Below the pieces are notes generated by a model. That model saw only the letters and a list, made by a program, of their open reading frames with translations, had not been told where the DNA came from and made no database searches. Position numbers and translations under genes: made by a program. This document shows positions 1-6,839 of a DNA stretch of 7,513 nucleotides, one piece after another. Positions within the stretch are counted from its first letter, which is position 1. Every line of letters begins with the position of its first letter. Source of the DNA: a virus (Duplodnaviria; Heunggongvirae; Uroviricota; Caudoviricetes); the IMG/VR virus record IMGVR_UViG_2698536348_000008, positions 1 to 7,513 of that record; one strand, written 5' to 3'.

Positions 1-496
1 CCCCCGACGTCATAACGGAACAGGGGATACGCCGAATGTTGATACAAATACAGAGATTACTACAGAGATTACTACAGAGATTACAACGGAGACTAAAAAC
101 ACTATTGGCGCATCCGCTGACGCGTCTGCACCAGCGCGTTCTGCCAGACAGGAATATTCACCGGAATTTGAACAGGCCTGGCAGGAATATCCCAAACGTG
201 CTGGTGGTAATTCAAAATCCGCCGCTTTTAAAGCCTGGAAAGCCCGAATCAGGGAAGGTGTGACACCCGAAACCATGCTCGACGGTGTGAAACGCTATGC
301 CGCCTGGGTGCGTGTCTCTGGAAATACCGGTACCCAGTTCGTGAAGCAGGCGTCGACGTTCTTTGGTCCGGATCGTCATTTCGAAGAATCCTGGGAAGTT
401 CCTGCGGTATCTGCAGCCAGACGCGAGGACCCGTACTTCAAAGCCAGTTACGACAACGTGGACTACAGCCAGATCCCGGAAGGATTCAGGGGGTGA
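1..496 (+). CDS. Phage replication protein, C-terminal portion with DnaT-like C-terminus; 5' end lies upstream of the window
   Basis: The frame beginning at nt 2 is open from the window edge to TGA 494-496 (the ORF track shows only the 260-496 part). The C-terminal ...DYSQIPEGFRG resembles the C-terminal end of E. coli primosomal protein DnaT as I recall it (memory, not a search). Position directly upstream of dam/rusA/Q fits a lambdoid replication module. Confidence 0.6.
   Translation, partial: PRRHNGTGDTPNVDTNTEITTEITTEITTETKNTIGASADASAPARSARQEYSPEFEQAWQEYPKRAGGNSKSAAFKAWKARIREGVTPETMLDGVKRYAAWVRVSGNTGTQFVKQASTFFGPDRHFEESWEVPAVSAARREDPYFKASYDNVDYSQIPEGFRG
49..84 (+). repeat. 12-bp tandem repeat, 3 copies (tacagagattac) plus a degenerate 4th unit, in frame within the replication gene, encoding (TEIT)3
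   Basis: Direct reading: units at 49-60, 61-72 and 73-84 are identical; 85-94 (aacggagact) is a decayed copy. Translation in the gene frame gives NTEITTEITTEITTETK. Confidence 0.85.
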
Positions 497-498
497 TC

Positions 499-591
499 AT
501 GAGTCTTTTGAATGAAGTTCAGAAATTCATTGAAGCCCATCCGGGGTGTACTTCCGGAGACATTGCGGATGCTTTTTACGTGGGGGCTTAA
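499..591 (+). CDS. Possible small ORF (30 aa, MSLLNEVQKFIEAHPGCTSGDIADAFYVGA) between the replication gene and dam; hypothetical
   Basis: ATG 499-501 lies 2 nt after the upstream stop and is preceded by a G-rich stretch (caggggg). Its stop TAA 589-591 shares a base with the dam ATG at 591 (TAATG). Below the ORF-track length cutoff; no homology recognised. Confidence 0.25.
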   Translation: MSLLNEVQKFIEAHPGCTSGDIADAFYVGA

Positions 592-1244
592 TGAGTAATA
601 AATATTGCCAGGCGCTGGTAGAACTGCGGAACAAACCAGCCCATGAACTGAAGGAAGTGGGCGATCAGTGGCGCACGCCGGACAACATTTTCTGGGGAAT
701 TAACACCTTGTTTGGTCCGTTTGTTCTGGATCTGTTCACTGACGGTGATAACGCCAAATGTGCCGCGTATTACACGGCGGAAGACAACGCGCTGGCGCAT
801 GACTGGTCAGAACGTCTTGCGGAGCTTAAAGGTGCTGCCTTTGGTAATCCCCCATACAGCCGCGCCAGTCAGCATGAGGGGCAATACATCACCGGCATGC
901 GTTACATCATGAAACATGCCAGTGCCATGCGTGATAAGGGCGGGCGCTATGTTTTCCTGATCAAAGCGGCCACCAGCGAAGTGTGGTGGCCGGAAGATGC
1001 AGATCATATTGCTTTTATTCGCGGGCGTATTGGTTTTGAACTGCCAGCCTGGTTTATCCCGAAAGACGAAAAGCAGGTGCCAACAGGTGCTTTCTTCGCT
1101 GGTGCTATTGCTGTTTTCGACAAGACCTGGAAGGGAGCGGCAATCAGCTACATCGGGCGCGATGAACTTGAGGCATGTGGTGAGGCGTTTCTGGCGCAGG
1201 TTCGCCAGCAGGCGGAAAAACTGGTCAGGGAGATGGCGGCATGA
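591..1244 (+). CDS. Phage DNA N6-adenine methyltransferase (Dam-family phage MTase)
   Basis: Translation contains the catalytic motif FGNPPYS (NPPY/DPPY motif IV) and an N-terminal WRTPDNIF segment typical of phage Dam-type MTases. ATG at 591 gives MSNKYCQ...; the ORF-track start at 546 is a GTG with no RBS, so 591 is preferred. Stop overlaps the next gene's start (ATGA at 1241-1244). Confidence 0.8.
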   Translation: MSNKYCQALVELRNKPAHELKEVGDQWRTPDNIFWGINTLFGPFVLDLFTDGDNAKCAAYYTAEDNALAHDWSERLAELKGAAFGNPPYSRASQHEGQYITGMRYIMKHASAMRDKGGRYVFLIKAATSEVWWPEDADHIAFIRGRIGFELPAWFIPKDEKQVPTGAFFAGAIAVFDKTWKGAAISYIGRDELEACGEAFLAQVRQQAEKLVREMAA

Positions 1245-1567
1245 CGACATTAACTCAATGCCAGCAGCAGGTGCTGGATATGCTGATTTCTTATCAGAAA
1301 GAACGTGGCTTCCCGCCAACCAATCAGGAGGTGGCAACCATGCTGGGATACCGTTCGGTGAATGCAGCGGTGGAGCATCTTCGCGCACTGGAGAAAAAAG
1401 GTGTCATCACGATAAAGCGTGGCGTGGCCCGGGGTATCACTCTTCATACCGCGGTGAAGGACGACGACAGCGAGGCGGTCGGGATTATCCGCGCCCTGCT
1501 TGCCGGTGAGGCAAACGCCAGGCTGCGTGCAGCCCACTGGTTACATGAGAGGGGCCTGAAAGTATGA
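1241..1567 (+). CDS. LexA N-terminal DNA-binding-domain-like protein (winged HTH only, no S24 peptidase domain), 108 aa
   Basis: LTQCQQQVLDMLISYQKERGFPPTNQEVATMLGYRSVNAAVEHLRALEKKGVITIKRGVARGITL aligns by eye almost residue-for-residue with E. coli LexA residues ~4-68 ([65 protein letters not shown], recalled from memory). No Ala-Gly cleavage site or Ser/Lys peptidase domain follows. Coupled to neighbours by ATGA overlaps at both ends. Confidence 0.75.
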   Translation: MTTLTQCQQQVLDMLISYQKERGFPPTNQEVATMLGYRSVNAAVEHLRALEKKGVITIKRGVARGITLHTAVKDDDSEAVGIIRALLAGEANARLRAAHWLHERGLKV

Positions 1568-1959
1568 AGCTAATACTGCCTTTTCCGCCCAGCGTGAACA
1601 CGTACTGGCGACACCCCAACAAAGGGGCGTTTGCTGGTAAGAGCCTGATAAGCGCGGCGGGGCGAAAATTCCAGAGCGCGGCGTGTGCAGCAATAGTTGA
1701 GCAGTTACGTCGTCTGCCGAAACCAACGTCGGCACCTGCTTCAGTGGAGATCGTGTTGTTTCCTCCGGATAACCGGATCCGCGATCTGGACAACTATAAC
1801 AAGGCGCTGTTTGACGCCCTGACCCACGCGGGTGTGTGGGAAGACGACAGACAGGTGAAAAGAATGCTGGTGGAGTGGGGACCGGTTATCCCGGAGGGGA
1901 AGGTCGAGATCACTATCAGTAAGTACGAAAAAGCGAGTTGCAAATTAGCAACTCGGTAA
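1564..1959 (+). CDS. rusA: RusA-family crossover junction endodeoxyribonuclease (Holliday junction resolvase)
   Basis: LPFPPSVNTYWRH ... RDLDNYNKALFDALTHAGVWEDDRQV matches the RusA pattern (LPWPPSNNRYYRH ... [26 protein letters not shown] in E. coli RusA, from memory). RBS GAGAGGGG precedes the ATG; typical nin-region position. Confidence 0.85.
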   Translation: MKLILPFPPSVNTYWRHPNKGAFAGKSLISAAGRKFQSAACAAIVEQLRRLPKPTSAPASVEIVLFPPDNRIRDLDNYNKALFDALTHAGVWEDDRQVKRMLVEWGPVIPEGKVEITISKYEKASCKLATR

Positions 1960-2004
1960 CGGAATTGAGCAACACCCTAAATTTGGGTATTACCTCGTTA
2001 AAGA

Positions 2005-2024
2005 TACTGTATTTATGAACAGTG
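2005..2024. promoter_or_regulatory. SOS-box-like (LexA operator-like) site TACTGTATTTATGAACAGTG
   Basis: Perfect CTGT-N8-ACAG core (CTGT 2007-2010, ACAG 2019-2022) with an AT-rich spacer; 16 of 20 positions match the TACTGTATATATATACAGTA consensus by hand. Lies in the 162-bp intergenic region upstream of the KilA-N gene. Confidence 0.4.
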
Positions 2025-2029
2025 TATCC

Positions 2030-2058
2030 TTGATAACTATTAAAAATCGCAGTAAGTT
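2030..2058 (+). promoter_or_regulatory. Candidate sigma70 promoter for the KilA-N/DUF968/Q genes (-35 TTGATA, 17-bp spacer, -10 TAAGTT)
   Basis: Hexamers read by eye: TTGATA at 2030-2035 and TAAGTT at 2053-2058. Weak -10; unverified. Confidence 0.2.
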
Positions 2059-2121
2059 CATCCTGCATCAACGAAAAGGGAGTGCAGTCCCGCTCGTGGA
2101 TAAAAATTTGTGGAGAAACCA

Positions 2122-2937
2122 ATGAATCAGTTGCTTGTAATTGATGGCGTTTCTGTGCGCCAGTACTTCGAATCTAACTACTGTCTTAACGACCTTCAGA
2201 AAGCTGCTCTTCTTGCCGCTGGTGAGAATCGCTCCTCCCGTTCGCTGGAAGTTCACGAGTTTATGCGTCGTCCTGAAACGAAGGCTCTTGTGGAATTATT
2301 GGAAGAAGAAACTACGGGAGATTCCCGTAGTATTCCTGTCATCACCATTCAGGGGCGCAATGGTGGGACGTATGTCTGTAAAGAGCTGGTCTATGCATAT
2401 GCAATGTGGATCAGCCCGGCATTCAGCTTAAAAGTGATACGTACTTTTGATGCGCTTCATAATTCATCACCAGAAGAAACCACATCCGACAAAATTAAAT
2501 CCGGGGTCATTCTGCTTGAATCAGCAGCAAAGACTCTAAATCTGTCAAACTCCTCGAAACTTGGTGCATACCAGAAATTATCAAAGGTAGCTGGTCTTCC
2601 TGAACTTATGCCGATCTATGCCATTGATGCACCTGCTGATGCGCCAGATGGTTCAAGCCGCCCTACGCTGTCGCTGAGTGCACTGCTGAAGCAGTATGGT
2701 ATCCGCCTGACGGCTAATCAGGCATATCACCAGATGGCGAAGCTGGGGATCGTTGAACAACGCGAACGATACAGCCGTACCGCGATTAACAACATCAAAA
2801 AATTCTGGTCGCTGACAGCGAAAGGTTGCATGTTCGGCAAGAACATCACCAGTCCCGCAAATCCGCGCGAGACGCAGCCGCATTTCTTCGAATCCCGATT
2901 CCCTGAGCTGTTAAAGCTGCTCGATACCGTTCATTGA
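2122..2937 (+). CDS. KilA-N domain protein (Roi-like phage DNA-binding protein)
   Basis: N-terminal region (GRNGGTYVCKELVYAYAMWISPAFSLKV) resembles KilA-N domains of phage Roi-type proteins found between nin genes and Q (family-level memory). ATG 2122 has RBS GGAG at 2112-2115; the ORF-track start at 2110 is a GTG inside that RBS. Confidence 0.7.
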   Translation: MNQLLVIDGVSVRQYFESNYCLNDLQKAALLAAGENRSSRSLEVHEFMRRPETKALVELLEEETTGDSRSIPVITIQGRNGGTYVCKELVYAYAMWISPAFSLKVIRTFDALHNSSPEETTSDKIKSGVILLESAAKTLNLSNSSKLGAYQKLSKVAGLPELMPIYAIDAPADAPDGSSRPTLSLSALLKQYGIRLTANQAYHQMAKLGIVEQRERYSRTAINNIKKFWSLTAKGCMFGKNITSPANPRETQPHFFESRFPELLKLLDTVH

Positions 2938-2938
2938 G

Positions 2939-3934
2939 GTGACCGTGAGAGCACTACTGACCCCTGAAATTGCCCCGCGTATGGGGATCGTATTGTTCAG
3001 ACCCGGTTCAGAGCTGATGCCCCTGTTTATGCAGGGGCGTGTCCTGCTGGAGCCTGAGCCGGAACGTTATTCATCTTTTGCCAGTGGTGCCGTTCCGGCA
3101 GCATCACAACCGCTGGCGGATGATCCTGCCGTTCGGGCCGTGTTCCGCAATGAGGCAGTGATCCGTCGTGCTGGTGGCGTGGAATGTCTTGAAAGCTGGT
3201 TACTTCGTGAAAAAGGTTGCCAGTGGCCTCATTCCGACTGGCACAGCGAGAACATGACCACAATGCGACACGCGCCGGGCGCAATCCGTCTGTGCTGGCA
3301 CTGCGATAACCAGCTGCGCGATCAGTTCACGGAACGGCTGGAATCAATGGCAACGGATAACTGTGCCCGCTGGGTGTTGTCTGTTGTGCGTCGGGATCTC
3401 GGTTTTGATGACAGTCACGTTGTGACAATGCCGGAACTGTGCTGGTGGCTGGTTCGTAATGATCTGGCGGATGCCTTACCGGAAAGTGCAGCCCGTAAGG
3501 CACTGAGATTACCGAAGCCTGTTGTGCCGTCTGTCACCCGGGAGAGTGACCTTGTGCCTTCGGTTCCGGCCACCAGCATCATCCAGAATAAAGCGAAAAA
3601 GGTGCTGGCGCTGAAAGTGGATCCGGAGTCGCCGGAGTCTTTTATGTTACGCCCAAAACGTCGCCGCTGGGTTAACGAAAAGTACACGCGCTGGGTTAAG
3701 ACGCAGCCGTGTGCATGTTGTGGAAAGCCTGCTGATGATCCCCACCACCTGATAGGCCACGGTCAGGGGGGAATGGGTACAAAAGCGCATGACCTCTTCG
3801 TGCTGCCTTTGTGCAGAAAGCATCACGACGAGCTGCATGCGGATACCGTGGCATTTGAAGAGAAGTATGGCTCCCAGCTGGAGCTGATATTTCGTTTTAT
3901 CGATCGTGCGCTGGCAATAGGCGTGCTGGCCTGA
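2939..3934 (+). CDS. DUF968-like prophage protein with C-terminal HNH-like Cys/His cluster
   Basis: C-terminal RWVNEKYTRWVKTQPCACCGKPADDPHHLIGHGQGGMGTKAHDLFVLPLCRKHHDELH resembles the conserved core of DUF968 proteins in E. coli prophages (e.g. YdfU-like; memory). Start is uncertain: GTG 2939 sits 1 nt after the upstream stop, and the first ATG is at 2981 with no clear RBS. Confidence 0.6.
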   Translation: MTVRALLTPEIAPRMGIVLFRPGSELMPLFMQGRVLLEPEPERYSSFASGAVPAASQPLADDPAVRAVFRNEAVIRRAGGVECLESWLLREKGCQWPHSDWHSENMTTMRHAPGAIRLCWHCDNQLRDQFTERLESMATDNCARWVLSVVRRDLGFDDSHVVTMPELCWWLVRNDLADALPESAARKALRLPKPVVPSVTRESDLVPSVPATSIIQNKAKKVLALKVDPESPESFMLRPKRRRWVNEKYTRWVKTQPCACCGKPADDPHHLIGHGQGGMGTKAHDLFVLPLCRKHHDELHADTVAFEEKYGSQLELIFRFIDRALAIGVLA

Positions 3935-3951
3935 TTTTGTGGAGAAAGTTG

Positions 3952-4323
3952 ATGCGTGATATTCAAATGGTTCTTGAACGTTGGGGGGCATGGGTGGCAA
4001 ATAATCACGAGGATGTGGAATGGTCATCTGTTGCTGCAGGTTTTAAGGGATTAATTCCTTCGAAAGTAAAATCCCGCCCGCAATGTAGCGATGACGATGG
4101 CCTGATCATTAGCTCTGCGATGACAGTTCTTAAGAAAAAGGAACCGTATCAATACGAATTACTGGAAATGTATTATGTGTATGGGGTTACATTACGGGTG
4201 TTGGGGGTAAAACTGGGGATATCACTTAATCAGGTTGTTATCAGACTGCAGAAAGCTGAAGGGTTTATTGACGGTTGTCTGGCAATGTTGGGGGTATCTT
4301 TAGAAATTGATTGTTACATATAG
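3952..4323 (+). CDS. Antitermination protein Q (QuuD-like short Q)
   Basis: MRDIQMVLERWGAWVANNHEDVEWSSVAAGFKGLIPSKVKSRPQC... closely resembles the DLP12 prophage Q homologue QuuD as I recall it. ATG 3952 has RBS GGAG at 3941-3944; the ORF-track start at 3937 is TTG. Confidence 0.75.
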   Translation: MRDIQMVLERWGAWVANNHEDVEWSSVAAGFKGLIPSKVKSRPQCSDDDGLIISSAMTVLKKKEPYQYELLEMYYVYGVTLRVLGVKLGISLNQVVIRLQKAEGFIDGCLAMLGVSLEIDCYI

Positions 4324-4398
4324 TAATAAATTCAATCAAAGTAAATAATCATATTTTATTATAACCTCCTGATGATACCTGTTCATTGGGAGGTTATT
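4324..4398 (+). promoter_or_regulatory. Q-distal intergenic region: candidate late-promoter (pR'/qut-like) position plus a leader hairpin that pairs with the RBS of the next ORF
   Basis: In lambdoid phages pR'/qut lie directly after Q (established); here 75 AT-rich bp follow the Q stop. ATAACCTCC (4361-4369) is the exact reverse complement of GGAGGTTAT (4389-4397), which contains the RBS of the ORF starting at 4399. Promoter hexamers were not confidently placed. Confidence 0.3.
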
Positions 4399-4632
4399 AT
4401 GGATAAAAATGTAGAGCATGTATTAGTTGATGCAATTGAAAATAAGCAATCTTTAACAGTCGTTTACTTAGGAGGGAGCCAGCCCGGAACATTAAGGAAT
4501 ATTTCTCCGATTAGTATAAATGGGGATAAATTGCGGGCAAGATGCCATAGTTCTGGAGCAGTAAAGGTTTTCAATCTTGGGAAAATACAGTTACCCAGTG
4601 ACTCCTGCGCGGTATCTATGCACTATGGAGAT

Positions 4633-4636
4633 TTAG
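4633..4636. repeat. IS5 target-site duplication, left copy (TTAG)
   Basis: TTAG immediately outside the IS5 left terminus; an identical TTAG flanks the right terminus. IS5 makes 4-bp duplications at YTAR-type targets (established). Confidence 0.85.
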
Positions 4637-4652
4637 GGAAGGTGCGAACAAG
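4637..4652. repeat. IS5 left terminal inverted repeat
   Basis: GGAAGGTGCGAACAAG; its partner at 5816-5831 reverse-complements to GGAAGGTGCGAATAAG. Confidence 0.9.
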
Positions 4653-4659
4653 TTCCTGA

Positions 4660-5685
<1,026 letters not shown>

Positions 5686-5815
5686 AAACTGGGGATAACG
5701 CCTTAAATGGCGAAGAAACGGTCTAAATAGGCTGATTCAAGGCATTTACGGGAGAAAAAATCGGCTCAAACATGAAGAAATGAAATGACTGAGTCAGCCG
5801 AGAAGAATTTCCCCG

Positions 5816-5831
5816 CTTATTCGCACCTTCC
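5816..5831. repeat. IS5 right terminal inverted repeat
   Basis: CTTATTCGCACCTTCC, inverted complement of the left terminus with one mismatch. Confidence 0.9.
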
Positions 5832-5835
5832 TTAG
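5832..5835. repeat. IS5 target-site duplication, right copy (TTAG)
   Basis: TTAG immediately outside the IS5 right terminus, identical to 4633-4636. Confidence 0.85.
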
Positions 5836-6344
5836 AAGTTAAAGCTTATGAGACGATGCAGAGCGTAAATGACAACTTTCATGCCCTTTATCCTGAAGGA
5901 CGATGGGGTGTTGATTTTAATGAGCATCGCTTTGCTTTATTTGATTTTTTTAAAAACGGGAAACGAAAAAAAACGGCATTTATGGCAATTGAGTTCAGGG
6001 AAAGAGATGAAGAGAAAATAATAACAGGTGTAACAATTGATATTGGTATATCTGGAACAGTGATTTCTGAGAAGTCCCGAATCCCAAAAAGACGACCATG
6101 GGTAGTGGTTGGTCCCGAACACGGAGAATACAGTACTTATTCAACTTTGGACAAGGCTGCTACAGCGTTTTTTGAGAGGCTTTCGTTGATAGCATCCGGC
6201 CTGGAAGATAATTGATTTTATGTTTGGTATTCAGAGTTCGCCGTGCTTAAGAAAGTCAAGATTCTAAAAATACTGAATGAGCTACTTGTGTTATAACAAA
6301 AATGCTATTAGTGTGTTAAGAGTGGTTACTTCGCCACACAACTT

Positions 6345-6369
6345 AAACCCGCCACTGAGCGGGTTTTTT
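6345..6369 (+). terminator. Rho-independent terminator (8-bp stem AAACCCGC/GCGGGTTT, 6-nt loop, T6 tract)
   Basis: Stem 6345-6352 pairs with 6359-6366 and is followed by TTTTTT 6364-6369. Lies about 130 bp after the cargo ORF stop. Confidence 0.6.
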
Positions 6370-6491
6370 GTACCTGTAAACTTGGTGCAGTACAGTAAAC
6401 ACGCTGGTGGTCGTGAATACTGACTTTTTATCTTGCTGGCTTTTTAGACAAGAGTTATTGGTATGTCATGTTAACCAGAAGGGAAAAAGAC

Positions 6492-6689
6492 ATGCTAAAA
6501 CAGCAAGATATGACCGAAACCGCCAGAGTGGTGTTTAATGAATTGAGCGTCACCGAACCGGCGACAGTCGGGGAGATTGCGCAGAATACTTACCTTTCAC
6601 GCGAACGCTGCCAGTTAATACTGACCCAGCTGGTTATGGCGGGTCTGGCAGACTATCAGTTCGGTTGTTACAGACGCCTTCCGCAGTGA
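6492..6689 (+). CDS. Small hypothetical protein (~65 aa) with HTH-like segment
   Basis: The ORF track gives 6468-6689. I prefer ATG 6492 because it is preceded by AAGGGA at a suitable spacing, whereas 6468 has no RBS. TVGEIAQNTYLSRERCQLILTQLVMAGL resembles a helix-turn-helix (pattern only). Ends inside a terminator-like hairpin. Confidence 0.4.
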   Translation: MLKQQDMTETARVVFNELSVTEPATVGEIAQNTYLSRERCQLILTQLVMAGLADYQFGCYRRLPQ

Positions 6690-6699
6690 AGGCTTTTTT
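6676..6699 (+). terminator. Candidate rho-independent terminator (6-bp stem GCCTTC/GAAGGC, 6-nt loop, T6 tract)
   Basis: GCCTTC 6676-6681 pairs with GAAGGC 6688-6693, followed by TTTTTT 6694-6699. The stop codon of the small ORF lies in the loop/stem. Confidence 0.45.
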
Positions 6700-6716
6700 A
6701 TTTGTGGTAAATGGGC

Positions 6717-6747
6717 GGCTGGTGGGTGTTAGGGGCACCCACCAGCC
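6717..6747. repeat. Perfect 12-bp inverted repeat (GGCTGGTGGGTG / CACCCACCAGCC) with 7-nt spacer; each arm contains a Chi octamer
   Basis: Left arm 6717-6728, right arm 6736-6747, exact reverse complements. GCTGGTGG is at 6718-6725 (+ strand) and its complement CCACCAGC at 6739-6746. Confidence 0.6.
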
Positions 6748-6839
6748 ATCTGCTCATGCGTTGGGTTCACAAGCAAACCTCAGGCCCACTGCTTTGCGCA
6801 AAAGCAGAATGAGCCTATCAGAGACAGGCTTAATGATCC

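Noticed and set aside
49-94. Possible CRISPR-like repeat
   Set aside because: Units are 12 bp, directly adjacent with no spacers, and in frame within a coding region; this is a coding tandem repeat, not a CRISPR array.
36-263. 75-aa + strand ORF rich in LQRL repeats
   Set aside because: It is an alternative frame of the replication gene; the repetitive peptide is a by-product of the 12-bp tandem DNA repeat.
807-1388. 193-aa minus-strand ORF
   Set aside because: Lies wholly antisense to the dam and LexA-like genes, which have clear family signatures; no RBS or recognisable motifs. Treated as a spurious overlapping ORF.
997-1509. 170-aa + strand ORF
   Set aside because: Out-of-frame overlap of the dam and LexA-like genes; Arg/Gly-rich, low-complexity translation typical of an off-frame reading of GC-rich coding DNA.
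1934-1955. 8-bp stem hairpin (CGAGTTGC / GCAACTCG) at the 3' end of rusA as a terminator
   Set aside because: No U-tract follows and it lies inside the coding sequence; more likely incidental or a protein-binding palindrome.
2110-2121. GTG start at 2110 for the KilA-N gene (ORF-track start)
   Set aside because: The GTG lies inside the GGAG RBS that serves ATG 2122, so 2122 is the more plausible start.
3647-4027. 126-aa minus-strand ORF across the DUF968/Q junction
   Set aside because: Antisense to two well-supported + strand genes and spans their intergenic RBS; no supporting signals.
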